Positions 13,347-26,024 are shown, counted from the first letter of the stretch. The stretch: DNA of 64,000 nt from Dudresnaya verticillata (GCA_977862235.1 OZ374563.1:1240001-1304000), one strand, 5' to 3'. Numbers and translations are program-made. The notes: a model not told the origin generated them from the letters alone.

Positions 13347-14604
13347 AGCGTAGCGCGTCGACTCCAGGCTCCATGCCTTAGACTTGCGAGCGGCTGGTCC
13401 GCTAAATAAATTCGTCTTGTATGCTTGACCCCCTTGCCTGTGGAAGGCGTGCGCGGTGGCGTTATGCGACTTGGCGACTCCGTCCTATCCCATCGGGTAC
13501 TTAGCGGATTTCATCGCATCGGGCAGTGCCAGCGTAATAGCCGGAGCACCTACAGGTAGGGAACCTCGCTCCACGCGACGGTGTCTTCGCCACGCGCCGT
13601 GGGACAACCCCCTTATTGGGTAATCAATCCGCCTCTCTGGTGCCACTCGAGGAGTGAGAGGGTGCCAGCAATGCGGCGTAGTGCCCGAGAGGGGGAGACG
13701 CTGGCCCACAGTAGCATCGGGAACACTGTACTTTCTGCGTCTCGCGCCCAGTTAGCGCGCCCTCATTGGGCATTTCATTCCGCCTCCCAGGCTATGAGGG
13801 CCTATCAGCGACGGAAATATCTCTCTACAGTAGCGAGATGATGCACTGCAGAGGTTTTTGGCGCCAAGGCAGTCTTCATCGCCGACCAGCCATCCTATTG
13901 GCGTGCATGCTGAGACGCATGCGTCTTACGCGCTCCTTGCTTCTCTCATCCTGTCGAGGGTGGGACTAAAGGCGAGAGGCTCACGTGAAGCACGTTTTCA
14001 GCCGGTGGTCAGGGCTCATCAATGTTTAGGCGATGGCCCCACGGCCGAGTTTTAGGCGATCTGATAATAGCCTCCATTGGCCTTAGCCAGGGTTGCCATC
14101 AGGGGGGGTTTCCCCCCTGCCAACGCGTCGGTAGCGCCGGAGGGTGCTGCTGGGTTATGTGGTGGCAGCCATGCTTCTAGGCACAGAATCTCGATTCTCC
14201 CTCTTGTTAGCACGACCCACTTACTCGGGTTTCCCCTCGATTCACACATATATGTGTTCGACTTATGTACACGTCTTCTATCCAAAATCTTGATTCTTCC
14301 ATGTCTTCCTTTCCACATCTATCCATTTCCAGAGTCTTGACTCTTCCAATTTCATCTATATAGTTTGTTGTTAGTCAGCTCAAAAGCTTAAAGGGGGAAT
14401 GGTCATTCCCATTCCCTACTGTTATACACAGGCCCATTGGCCGTTCTTGTTATCGCCACTGCAGAGCGTAGTGCTTGTCATCCACAATGGGTTAACCTCG
14501 TTAGGCGCTTATTCGCAACTGCCACCTGAGTCTGCGGGGCCAGATCTAGCCTCTTCTCGGCGCTCTTGCTCTTCTTGAGCGATTGGTCTAGCGTGAGACG
14601 CTTA

Positions 14605-17600
14605 TTACAGGAGAGTGACCCATTTGACTCGATGGTATCTTGCCACCAAGTTATGAGGAAGATGTTCCTTGGGCTCCCAGGTGTCTTCGGAGGCTGGGAG
14701 CTGAAACCACCGAACACGGTAGAGGCGTAGATCAGCGTCGTAAGACACAATACGGTCGTAAACTCGCTCGCGCGGCGGCGCTTTCTTAAAACGGGAAAAC
14801 TTCCGTTGGGAAGAGGGGTCGTTCCGCATTGTCACCGAAGTGTTGGGCGCGGCGGTTCTAGGATCGCGATCCGGATCGGGAGGGGCCGCAACCACTGTCT
14901 CTTCGAGACTTGGTATGGATGTCCCATCAGCAGGCGGCACCGCGAGAGTCGGATTATCTGTAATATCGGTAACTTCCTGTCTCTCGGGAGTGTGAGGATC
15001 GCTATCCGCATTTGCGCCTCGTGGCGTGAGGTCCACTACTGAAGGGTCTTGACCCTGCGCGCTTGGTTCTTCATGCGGCGAGGGGGCCAAGGTAACACGG
15101 TCCAGAGATATCGTCTCTCTATCTCCTTTTATTTCTAGAACGACAACGTGTGTTCCACGTTCTAGAACCTTATATGGCCCGAGAGCCTTAGGGAACAACT
15201 TCCCTTCGCGGGCCACACCTGAAGCGTCCTTCACCTTCGTTTCCCTCTCGAGGAAAACCCAAGACCCAGGTCTCACTTTCTGGCTAGCCGGTCGAATCCG
15301 ATTATTGAAATTCGTTTCATAGCGCTGTTGTGCTAACTTCATCCGCGGTAAGGCCGTATCCATCAGCTTCTCTAAGCGTAGAGTCAGCCGCTTCTTAACA
15401 TTAGTCACCGGTACGTGGTCGACGTCCACTGTCTCGGCTTGTTCCATTAAGATGGATGTCGGGGGGTTAGATAACAGCAGATCGAAGGGCGCCAGGCCTG
15501 TAGCCCGATGCACAGTAGTGTTATACGCGTACGTTAACGCAGAGGTAAACTCGTCCCAGTCTTTCTGATCTTCGACGATGAAGTGTCGCAAACCCGCTAG
15601 GAGGGTACGATTAAATTGTTCCGTCTGACCGTTCGTCTGCGGATGATAGGTTGACGTAAACATATTCCTAATTCGAAGGATGTCGCACACCGCGAGGAAG
15701 AACTTGGACGCGAATTGCGAGCCATTGTCCGAAAGGACGTAACGGGGTGGACCGTATATGAAAACCCAATGCTCGCAGAAAGCCGTGGCCACCGTATAGG
15801 CCGTCACTGTCTTCAACGGATTGCTCGCGTGAGCTTTGAGAATCTGTCAGTCATGACTAGGAGGAACTCATTTCCTTTGCCTGAACGGGACAGGGGCCCA
15901 AGGATGTCGATCCCTATGAATTCCAAGGGCAGTGTTGCCGGGAATAAGTTCATGTGGGAAGTATGTTTTCGAAGTTGGACGCGCTCTTGAGCGCACTTGA
16001 CGCAATTCCTTACTGTCGCGTACACGTCCAGAGACATCTCAGGCCAATATACCTGTCGTCGAAGGTTGTGATACATCCTGGTGCCACCAGGGTGGCCGGC
16101 CAACTCCGGGTAGTGCGCTAGGTGTAGAACCTTTTCTTTCAGCGATCTAGGTACGAGTACCTGTAGCGCATGGTCTACGTACGACTTGCGCACAAGGAGT
16201 CCTCTCCTATCCTCGAGATAGCAGCCGGGCTTATTCGTCTCGAGGTTCCGTCGGACCCACATACAAAAGTCATCGGACTTCTGTTCTCGGAGCAGCTCCT
16301 CCACCGTGATTAGGGAGAGACCCTTCTGTGGTGATTCCTTGTCGGTCACCTGAGCTATTAGCTGTTCGTCGTCCGAAGGGTTGTCGTCCCGAGGCTCGAC
16401 TTCCCAAACCTCTAAGGGTCGGGGTGGTGCACCCGTTCGCTGTTTCGGCGTTGGCGACCGTTCGTCGCAGGCGTCCCTTCGATCGTCTTCGATTACAAAA
16501 CAGAGGATCTCGAGGTCCGGTTCCCACTGGGTAAAGCCGTAGGTTGGCAGCCGAGAGACGGCATCAGCGATCTGATTCTTCTTTCCTTTTCGGTATTGTA
16601 CCGTGAAATCATATTCCAACAGGCGTACCCTCCAACGGGCCAGTCGCCCTGAAGCATCGGTCATGCTCATCATCCATTTTAGAGCTTGGTGGCCCGTATA
16701 CAGGTCGAAATGGGACCGCTCCAAATATGGACGAAGCATCTGCGTTGCCCAGACCACTGCTAGGCATTCTTTCTCGCCTACCGAGTAGTTCTTTTCCGCC
16801 TTCGTTAGGCCGCGGCTCCAAAACCCTATGGGATGTCGGGTGCCATCTTCTTCCATTTGCATCAATGCGCACCCGATTTGGCAATCACAGGCGTCCGTGT
16901 CGACGGAGAGAGCCTTACCTTCTTGAGGGAGCCGCAGTATCGGCGGAGCGACTAACGCTTTCTTGAGAAGTTCAAACGCTTCTCGCTGACGTTCGTCGAA
17001 CGTTGGCAACTCGAAGCCCTGATCCTTTTGTAGGAGTGCGTTGAGCGGGGCCGCCACGCGCGCGAAGTTAGGCACGAAGCGCCTGTACACATTACAGATT
17101 CCAATAAATGACCGTAACTGGGTCTGCGTCTTCGGCTCCTTAAACCCTTCGACGGCTTGGGTATTCTTGGTTGCCACTTCTAGCAATCCTGGGCGGATCA
17201 CGTGCCCTAAGTAATCAACGCTCTTCGTGAAGAAGTTGCACTTCTTTAGTTTCAGCGAAACGCCTGCTTCTTGAAGTACTTCTAGAATGTCCTTCACGTG
17301 TTTGAGGTGCTCGTCGACCGTCGTCGAGAATATAATGATGTCGTCCAAATAGACTAAACAGGTTTTCCACCTGAATCCGGAGAGTAGGATATCAACCGTA
17401 CGTTGAAAGGTCGCGGGAGCGTTACAGAGCCCGAAGGGCATTCTGCAAAACTGGAAACATCCGGCATGGCAAGTGAAAGCCGTTTTGTGCTTGTCATCTT
17501 CCTCGACTGGAATTTGCCAATACCCGGAATTACAATCCAAGGTTGTAAAGTATTGGGCGTTTCCCAGCGAGTCCAGGCACTCGTCCATCCGCGGGAGAGG

Positions 17601-18801
17601 GTAAGTGTCTTTCACTGTGATAGCGTTGAGCTTGCGGTAATCGACGCAGAAACGTAGGGACCCATCGGGTTTCTTGACCAGCACTACGGGGCTTGCGAAC
17701 TCCGTGCGAGCAGGCTCGATGACGCCTTCTTTTAGCATCTTGTCTACTTCGTCTTGTTCGACTTGTCTAGCTTTCGGGCCCGACCGATAGGTTTGCGAGA
17801 ATACAGGTTTCGAACCTTCTTGTAGTTCAATTCGGTGCTTCGTCACCTTGATTGTTCCCAGCTGGCCGTCCCACATACCGACGAACGGTCGGAGCATTTT
17901 TCGTACTCGACGACGGTTCGGCTCGGACAAGTGCTCCAGTGCCAAGTCATCGACTGACATTGGAGATGGTGTAGAGGTTTCTGTTTTAATTCCAGGCTTT
18001 GCGCCTTCGCTACCGAGAGCAGCAGCAAGTCCCGCCCCCCACATCGGGGAATGTGTGCGTTCCTTGGGCCGAGCAGGTCACGGCGACCCATGTTTCACTG
18101 CCCGGCGGTAAGTAAGTGCGTGCGGCGACGCGTATTAGTCGCGAGGTAGTTAAAGGAGGGAAATCCATTGGTTCTGAGGGTGGACCTTCACGGGGTATGC
18201 CGCAACGGCGCCTTAGGATAGGGTGTATCGACCCGTCTCGGAGAACGATATTCTGTTTCCGAACGCGTAACCCCTCGACGTGGGTATCGATAAACGTGCA
18301 TCCCAGGATGGCGTCCACCGCAAGTGCCTTGACAACAACAAAAGGTTGTCGAACCGTGTATGAGCCCACGCGTACAACCAGCGAGATGGTTCCCAGTGTA
18401 GTTAGTCTATGACTTGACGCAGACGTCAAGTTGACGATCGACCTGTTCGTCGAGATGCGCTCCTTTTCTTCCGGAGAAAGAACGTCCGCCCGGATCAGAT
18501 TAGGGCCAGCCCCTGTATCCAATACGGATAGTACTCGAGTGAGTTTTTCCACAGAAGTCCCGACGGACGCAGCAACTTTATAGTTGTAGCGTGACAGGGA
18601 ACAGACTGGGTCCTTACAATACTCGTCATACGTACGCCCACGGGGCAAGCCCATGGGGCGGGTTAAGATATTCTTTGGAACAGAAGCGACATTCTCATGT
18701 GAAACCGGTCGATCCGTGAAGAAGCTGTCGAAGCTTGTGCTAGTGAAGCTGCGTTCAGCGAATCGATGGGGGTTCCGATGTAACCTGAGTGATCGGGTCA
18801 A
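14605..18801 (-). pseudogene. pol: Element B pol (protease, RT, RNase H, integrase, chromodomain), broken into three ORFs
   Basis: LDTGAGPN, YLDD, DTDACD, H-x6-H...C-x2-C, SDNGSQF/HPQTNGQTEQFN and YRVRWFQ...DTWEP motifs. Frameshift near 15815 and an internal deletion with frameshift near 18045 relative to D. Confidence 0.92.
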
Positions 18802-21490
18802 CCGAAACCGGTTCCCCCCTCTCTAGTTTTCGCGTTGAGCGCGGGCGACCGTGGTAACGGTGGTGGTGGCGGGAAGGGTCGTGACCCTGGTCTTGGTGAC
18901 CGCGGCGCTTGCCTTGGAGCGTCGATGGGGTGATTCAGACCCGGATGAAATTGAACTTGCCTATTTCCGCCGGCGCCCGTCCCCATATTTTGACGCGTGC
19001 CTGTCGGTGGCCCAATCGCTTGGCCTGTCGAGGCCGGTCCTTTTTCGAAGTAGGGCAGTCGCCCCACGGTTGCCAACCATGCCTTCTGCTCATGCGAGAG
19101 CTATTGGAACTGCCTCCTTTTTAGAGTCTCAAAAGACTGTTCGTCCGTACGCGCCAGGTGAGGGCAATTTGGCCTTTTATGGCCGACGCCACAACACTCA
19201 AAGCAGATGTCGTTTGGTTGGTCCTCGACCGTCTGCCATCCAGGACGCTGCGTCCTTGTTGGCTGAGCCCAGGCTGGGAGCCTATGGTTGTAGTTTTGGA
19301 TGACCGCATCCACTTCGCCATAATATGGCTGGCCAGAGGGGTACTGCCCGGAGGACCAGCTGTCTGATTGGGTTGCCGTCGATGGTGGGGCTTCCTCATC
19401 TATAGCCGCGACGACGGCATCTTCGTTGTCATCCTCAGAGTCGCTACTCTTTGAGGATTCGGAGTCAGATGCTCCCGACCGCCTCGACTGGCGAATGAGC
19501 AGTGCCCGACCAGGTTTGTGCGTCCGTACCTTCGCGAGGATTTTCCTGTGCAGCGTCGAGGTCGCTTTCCTCGCTCGGCTACCACCCACTAGGGCACGAT
19601 GAGAATCTCCCTGGGCGGTGGCGAGCTCGACATAATCTGCCAAACGGGCGGTACGTGGATCCAGAGAGGTAGTGCTCAGCAGCGGCTTCACCGCGGGGAG
19701 AGACCCCTAATAAAGCGTGTTATTAAGTCTTGCTCTGTGTAGACCCCAGCGACTCGTCGCGCCTGGTTTTGCAACCGTCGAGAGAAGGTGACCTCGTCCT
19801 CATTCGGCTCTTGTGCCATCGTGTCCATATCAGAGGCGATCCTCTCGATGTAGACGTCTTTCGCATACATGCGAAGAAGGTAATTGACGGCCTCGGCCCA
19901 TTCGGTGAATCCACCATTATCATCTCCTGCAGCGTCGAAGTTCGCTTCAAACATGTCTTTGGCATCTTTCTCCAGAAATTCTGGGATGACAAGGATAGCT
20001 GCTCCTTCACTAATGTGAGCTTGGTCCAGCTGTCGTTTCAGCGTTGCGAGAAATCCAATAATGGATACTGGGTCACTTCCGTCGAACCGGCGACTTCTTA
20101 TCACGGTCTTCACCCGTTTTATCTTCTTCGTCGTAGTCTCCGTGACTTCGGGTCCCCGATAGTCATCCAGGTTCAACAACCTATACCTCCTGTATGAAAG
20201 TACGGGTATGAAGGCAGGGCTCCTCGGAACCAATTCCTTCAAACCGGAACGCCGGGGTCCCTTCCAAGAAGACCAGGAGGGTCTGGAGAAAGTTCTTGAC
20301 TGTGGCGCTTCGTCCTCGGACGGACCTGAGGTAGGATATGCTTCCTGATGGGGGTCCCCGCCATGTTGATGGCTAGAATGCCTATCGGGGCGAGACCGAA
20401 GTTGACTCGGTCGGCTGCAATTACACCCCCGGTGATTTGGACACCGGGCCATTTCCTCATCGTCTTGAGATTCGGGGCCTGACCCGAGGTGGGGTAACCT
20501 TCTGCGACGGTCTCGCGTGCCTCGAGGCACTGGCGAACGACGCCGCATTATCTCAGGGACGACTTCCCTCTCGCGGTTGAGTCGCCGCATTTGTGCTGCT
20601 ATCACAGCGACTCGACGCTTCTCCGCATCGAGTTCCTGTTGGAGGAGCTCGATGCGTCTGTCTTGTTCAACACAACGAGTGTTGTCTACGCCCAACTGGG
20701 CGTCTGAAATAGCCAAAGCGGCTTCTTGTCTTGAACGGTCGGCGTCCGTTGTAACCTGGTCTAATTCCTGGTGGACCAAGTCCAATTGGTCCCCCAAGGA
20801 ATCGACCTGGGCTTGTAGGGTCTCGACCCGTTCTTCGTCTACTCCTCGAGAGGAGGTTTGTCGATATCGAGAATCGATCTCTTCTTGGACCTTTGCCAAC
20901 AATTGATCGCCCCGGCGGGCTGTTGAGTCGTCGAAATAACGCATCACCCTCGAGAGGGTTTCGTCCGCTTGACTCTCGAGCAACGCTCGGACGCTCGTGA
21001 CGAGAGCATTTTCGATGCCCAATTCGACCATCTGGCCTATCTCGCGTTCGGAGAAACACCGTTGGTCGGTCGAATTGGCTTTCGTTCTCATTGGCACCCC
21101 TATGTCCGGGGGCAATGATGACGTCGTCACATCTTCTAGGGCCTGTCCGCCCGTCCCGTGCTGGCTAGCCCGACTGATGGGCGGCGGCGGCATACTAGGG
21201 TCAGGACCCTCATTCGCGCCGTAGTTGGCGGCGCTTGCGGAAGCGGTCCTGACCGTGTTTTCTTCATTCGGGACCTGTCCCTTCTCTGGAACAGGTGGTT
21301 CCTCATCTCCTGGCGCGCCCGCCATTCGGGGCGGGCGTTCCACTTCTCCTACTAAAGGATTTTGGGCAAGAGCGGCGACGGCCGCACGGGTTCTCGTCCC
21401 AATTGTCCTCACGGAGGAAAGACTGCCGGAACGGCTTCCACCACGACTGGTCAATCCCGGTCGGGTGGTTTCGCCGTTGGAAGTCGGCAT
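18798..21490 (-). pseudogene. gag: Element B gag with CCHC zinc knuckle
   Basis: Homologous to D gag, knuckle CFECCGVGHKRPNC. One-base deletion near 19700 and premature TAG at 19101-19103. Confidence 0.88.
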
Positions 21491-21960
21491 GTTCAGGTCG
21501 GTCTTTTCGACCTAAACGAAGGATATCGGTCCTGTGGTTGCCTGACGGGAAGTTTTTCCAAGTGGGCAATCTTCTTCAGAACCGTCGTTCTCGGGGTTAC
21601 GGGCGATTCTGGCCACGCGGTCTTTCCGCAATGCGCGCCCGCACAGTCCGTACAAGGACGTATTTTTTTGTACAGGTATTACGATAACCTGTTCAGGTTC
21701 TCCCGGAAGGGGCGTCAATCCGCGACTAGGATGTGCTCGTTGAACGTACTAAACCACCACGGCGGTAGGGGTGCTTGCACTAGATTTGACGTAACTCCAG
21801 CGCTTGATATGAAGCTTAGGGACCGTCGTTACCCGGACGACTAGGGTTTCAACGCCAGGTAGTCGAACCTTGAGATCTTGCAGGGAGAAAACTCGATCCT
21901 TGAAAATTCCAAAGCGATGGACTGACGTTGAGGTAATAAAGGGAGCCGACCCAGAACCGA

Positions 21961-21978
21961 TTCTAGGTCGGGAGACCA
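21961..21978 (-). promoter_or_regulatory. Primer-binding site TGGTCTCCCGACCTAGAA of element B
   Basis: Starts with TGG 1 nt after the 5' LTR end. The identical 18-mer follows the 5' LTRs of C, D and E. Confidence 0.9.
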
Positions 21979-21979
21979 C

Positions 21980-22676
21980 TGTAGTAGTATGGCGCGACGA
22001 GCCAGTAGCCCGCTAAACGGCAAGGACAGCTGTCCCGTGCGCGCACACACCCTAACGAGGGTAGCTCAATGGGGGAGTTGGTAGAGACTTTGAGGGAAAA
22101 GGGAAAAAGGCTAACGTGCCTGAAAGAAAGGGAAAAAGGGGCGGCGCCACCCTAGCACTCGTAGAGTACAAAGCCGTGTGGTACGAGGCTAAAGCTTGTA
22201 AAGCACCTGGAAGGGGGAGTACGGTGAGCCCGTGTAGACCAAAGAAAGGGTACAGACCCGAAACCCACCGTGGGGTTCTATTCAGCCGACCCCTGCTAGT
22301 CAGGGGCGCAATAAATATGGCGAAGGCCGAAAGCGCCTTCGCCGCTATTCCTATTCTAAGCTATTGAAGTTAGCGTTAATAATTACAATGAGGTAGTGAG
22401 CGGTCGTACTCCGCCCTGCGCACGTAAGGTGCTTATGACTCGGGCGCGCTCCTGCGCGTAAGGCCATGGTAAATCAGCCAATCACGGCTAGCCATCTCAT
22501 TGGCGCCGTGCTGTTCCCAGCAATGCCATATGGAGTGGCCAGCAATGCACTGGGCCTTACAGGGCGGCAGTACGGGCGGCGCCTTACAGGCGCATGCCAC
22601 GCGCAATATTACCCGCGCATTACAGGCGCAAAACACGTGTACGTGCTTACAGCCGCTGGCGGCTCATTGTACCACA
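21980..22676 (-). repeat. 5' LTR of element B (697 bp)
   Basis: Direct repeat of 9872-10562, bordered by the PBS and the TSD. Confidence 0.95.
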
Positions 22677-22782
22677 CAGACCCCAAATGTTGAGGAGGCC
22701 CCCTCGATGGCCCTCATCCACGTCCTGACGACGCATAATCGGGTTGTTCCCTACGGATATTCCCCGGGACGAAATCAGGAAG
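22677..22782 (-). mobile_element. Short continuation of copy A gag, truncated
   Basis: Matches the reverse complement of D gag at about 56185-56290. Homology stops abruptly near 22782. Confidence 0.85.
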
Positions 22783-23395
22783 CGTGGAAATACCGGGGGC
22801 CGGAACATGTGGGAGGGTGGCCGGAGATAATAGTCGGTAGTGGAAGAGGGAGCGCCTCGCTCGGAGGAGAAGTGGACCGTTCGAGTCTCATGACAGCACA
22901 CGACAGCGTTATGCGTGTGACCGTTACTGCCAACGCCGCCAGCCACCGCCGACCGTGGCTGCTGAAGTAAATGACACAGCACTGCCAACTAGTGACAGCT
23001 CCAGGGCGCATGCGCTGAGGGAGTGTAGTACGATGATGTGGCAAGTGGGATGTGCCACACGCGCCGCGTTATGCCAGCTGCGGCACCATGACTGTAAGAC
23101 TTACAGAGTTGCGCGCACGCAATTTGCTGCGCGCCGCCGCCGCCGTGCTTCTCCCTCTCCGAGCTCCGAGCACACCCACGCTCCGAGAGTAGTGCCAAGC
23201 CGATTGCGTATCGTATTCCGGCACTCCGCAGGCGGTTGGTAAAGGTCGCTCCATGCGGGAACCAAACGTTTGCAGTCGTAGTGTAGAGGATTATCAGCAG
23301 TAAACACGAGCGCAGAGCTATGCATAGCACCTAGAACAGCGTTAGTTTCGCTCACAGTTGCAAGACATAGGTGTCTGAAGCAGATCTGGCTTTTC

Positions 23396-23435
23396 ATTGG
23401 CTTAGAGGGGCCGTTAACGGCCCCTCTAAGCCAAT
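23396..23435. repeat. Perfect 40-bp palindrome
   Basis: ATTGGCTTAGAGGGGCCGTT|AACGGCCCCTCTAAGCCAAT, about 150 bp upstream of the orphan ORF ATG. Confidence 0.95.
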
Positions 23436-23584
23436 CAAATTCCAGAAAGCGTTTTCTCGTCAGAAGCCCTTCACTCGACATATATGTTTCTTGTTGCGTG
23501 CAGCCGTCCTACCGTCCCCGGGAGTATCACCGCAGCTCATTCAACATACTGCGCTTTCCTTTTTGGTCCTTCGCTCGCCGTGAC

Positions 23585-25291
23585 ATGCCGCCCCCACCCG
23601 CCAACATCCCTCGTACAATGTCTACAGTGTCTGAGAGAGTTCGTGAGTGTGCGGATCGTCTAGTTATCAACCCGAGTCATATCAAAGGGGATGACTGGCA
23701 GTACGTATCTTCTACTCTCAACTCTATTGCGCACATGGCTGCCGTTCTCGAACGTTTTGTGGAAGGAAGTTCGCAGCTGGGAAAGCTTAGGGTAGCAATA
23801 TTTGCTAAACCCATTGCTCGGACGGATGGCACTGTGCCAGCAATAATGTTATGGGGACCTAATACTTCTGTTGTGCCCCACGGTACTGAAGATAACACTC
23901 GAGGTGCGAATACTACGGGCCCAGTTGTTGAAGGCAATTTGCAAGACAGAGATGTCCTACTCCCAAGATCCATCACTGGTCCAAGTACTTCTCGAGACAG
24001 AGGTGTCCTACTCCCAAGACCACTATCGTCACCGATTATTTCTCGAGACATAAATGTCCCACACCCACCTCGAGATGATCAGGAACAAACCGGAGGCTCA
24101 ACAGTAAGGATAACCGAAGAGGCTGCAGCCAAGTGTATGGCACTTCTACTAGATGCAAGTGCTGTGACTAAGCATACTTCATCTAATATTGCAAGGATAA
24201 TAGAGAGCATCAACGGAAAAACCGTGGAGACCGTGTATGGCGCAGTGTTCGCCCTATATAACGAGCGATTGGGACGGGTAGGGGGAGATATATCTGGTAT
24301 GTCTTATCTTTCACTACTCCCAAAAGAATTGCGCGATAAGACTGTTTCTTTTCCGCAGCTAGAGCTGGGAAGATATGGACCGACGAGCACGTACCAGATA
24401 GTTGGAAGACCGAAGTTGGTGAAGATGCGAAACATCCGCAAGGCCAGCAAAGCTACGAAGCTGGAGTCCATCACTCTACTATCTCTTCTAGTAATGATAG
24501 TTGACGATGAGACAATTCGCTCCAACATCGAGGCGGGAGATGGAACAAGTAAGACACGCTATGCCCTACTTCGAGAAGTTGTAGAAGATGTTATGGTTAG
24601 CAAAGCCAAGGATGGGTTTTCTGGAAACTGTACAAATCTAAAGGCTTGTGCAGCAGTATGTGCCGATAAGCCTAAGCCGTTCTGTGATATATACGTTGGG
24701 ACTAGACACGACGAGGAAGAGAAAATGGGAAAGGGGTGCGTGGATCCCTTCACTCCGTATTTGTATGGGAAGAAGGTTCCGGAGGATAGCCTCGTGTTGC
24801 AGTTTACCAGCGTGGAGAAACCTCAGTTACTTTCGCAAACGCAGTACGGCACTGAAGAAGTGGCGAATTTACTGACACTTCCAGTCGTATGGAAGAAGGA
24901 AGCTATTGGGCGTGTAACACTCACCGAATATCCTAATGATATCGGGTCCGCAATTGTTGTGCGAACGGGAGTGGACATCAACAGGGGGCGGAAGAGGAAC
25001 ATGGATATGCGAAATGCTTCTGAACTTTGCGACTTTAAGCCTCCTGCAGGAGGAAACACAGCTGTCCAGCAAAACAGCGGTTCAGGTGGTATTGGGACAG
25101 ATATGTCCCGCAGTCGTGGGAGTGGGATGGAGAAACCAATTTACCCGTTCGCCGAGTGGTACTCTTCTTGCAAGGACAGGAACGTGCTAAAGCGGAAGCA
25201 CTTCGTAGCATTTCCAAAATTTATGCCTGACTTGGTTACTTGTCGGGGTTTCCTCTGGGACGGAGAACATCTACGCTCTATTCATGAATAA
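23585..25291 (+). CDS. Orphan protein (about 568 aa from the first ATG)
   Basis: Long open frame (track 23498-25291) with first ATG at 23585 and an internal 17-aa repeat (DRDVLLPRSITGPSTSR). No domain recognised. Confidence 0.75.
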   Translation: MPPPPANIPRTMSTVSERVRECADRLVINPSHIKGDDWQYVSSTLNSIAHMAAVLERFVEGSSQLGKLRVAIFAKPIARTDGTVPAIMLWGPNTSVVPHGTEDNTRGANTTGPVVEGNLQDRDVLLPRSITGPSTSRDRGVLLPRPLSSPIISRDINVPHPPRDDQEQTGGSTVRITEEAAAKCMALLLDASAVTKHTSSNIARIIESINGKTVETVYGAVFALYNERLGRVGGDISGMSYLSLLPKELRDKTVSFPQLELGRYGPTSTYQIVGRPKLVKMRNIRKASKATKLESITLLSLLVMIVDDETIRSNIEAGDGTSKTRYALLREVVEDVMVSKAKDGFSGNCTNLKACAAVCADKPKPFCDIYVGTRHDEEEKMGKGCVDPFTPYLYGKKVPEDSLVLQFTSVEKPQLLSQTQYGTEEVANLLTLPVVWKKEAIGRVTLTEYPNDIGSAIVVRTGVDINRGRKRNMDMRNASELCDFKPPAGGNTAVQQNSGSGGIGTDMSRSRGSGMEKPIYPFAEWYSSCKDRNVLKRKHFVAFPKFMPDLVTCRGFLWDGEHLRSIHE

Positions 25292-25874
25292 CTGTACTAC
25301 TCCGCGATTTTCATTTGAGAGCGGAATTAAGTCTCTTCAAGTCTGTTGGGTCTTTCTTTAACAGTCTTAAGTGGTTGTGATTTCATTCAACAGGTTGAGA
25401 AATGCCAGACAGATATGTCCAACTACCAGTTAGTCTGTCGTCGACGAAGAAATAGGTTTGCATATTGGAACCAAATCTCTACTATCTACTGTCTTGTCTC
25501 TTTCGACACTTCTTAAAACGTTGGTGGTAGATGCCCTACTGTTGTAGTTGTGAACCCCCGTGGTGTCCAAATTTCAAGCCTAACTTTCCAGGAAGACATT
25601 CAGTAGGAATGCTTTTGATATAATGTATTTATTATCTGAGCTCCTAGATATCTAAACATATCTGAACATATGTTCTAGAACATCTACTCCTGATTTAATA
25701 AGTAGAAGTGTTGAAGAAGACAAGTCATTAGACATTACTAGTTCACTATCCCATGGGATATAAATTCATTTATTAATGTTAGCACAAGAAATCTTATTTT
25801 CCATGTTTCCTCTTCACAGATGATGATGGACTTAGTCACATGATATCAATTCATATATCTCCTGTTTGTTTGTT

Positions 25875-25978
25875 GAGATTGTTGAACACCAATTGCTATT
25901 GAAAAGCCGATTCAGTAGCTACTCATGAGATTGTTGGACACCAATTGCTATTGAAAAGCCGATTTAGTAGCTACCCAT
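25875..25978. repeat. 52-bp tandem duplication
   Basis: GAGATTGTTGrACACCAATTGCTATTGAAAAGCCGATTyAGTAGCTACyCAT at 25875 and 25927. Confidence 0.9.
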
Positions 25979-26024
25979 AATAGCGGTGACCATTAATGAC
26001 TAGTCATTAATGGTCACCGCTATT
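25979..26024. repeat. Perfect 46-bp palindrome
   Basis: AATAGCGGTGACCATTAATGACT|AGTCATTAATGGTCACCGCTATT, extendable to 25974-26029 with one mismatch. Confidence 0.95.

Larger units (their letters stand above)
9872..22676 (-). mobile_element. Two-LTR Ty3/Gypsy chromovirus copy B (12.8 kb) nested in the gag of copy A
   Basis: Near-identical TG...CA LTRs at 9872-10562 and 21980-22676, TSD CAGAC at 9867-9871 and 22677-22681, PBS, polypurine tract, gag-pol and an extra antisense ORF. Copy A gag is collinear across the insertion when compared with D. Confidence 0.97.

Noticed and set aside
23585..25291. TET/JBP dioxygenase cargo
   Set aside because: No convincing HxD...H...R signature.
25875..25978. 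CRISPR-like arrays (also 3751-3900 and 35104-35340)
   Set aside because: These are plain tandem duplications with no unique spacers and no cas genes, in a eukaryotic context.
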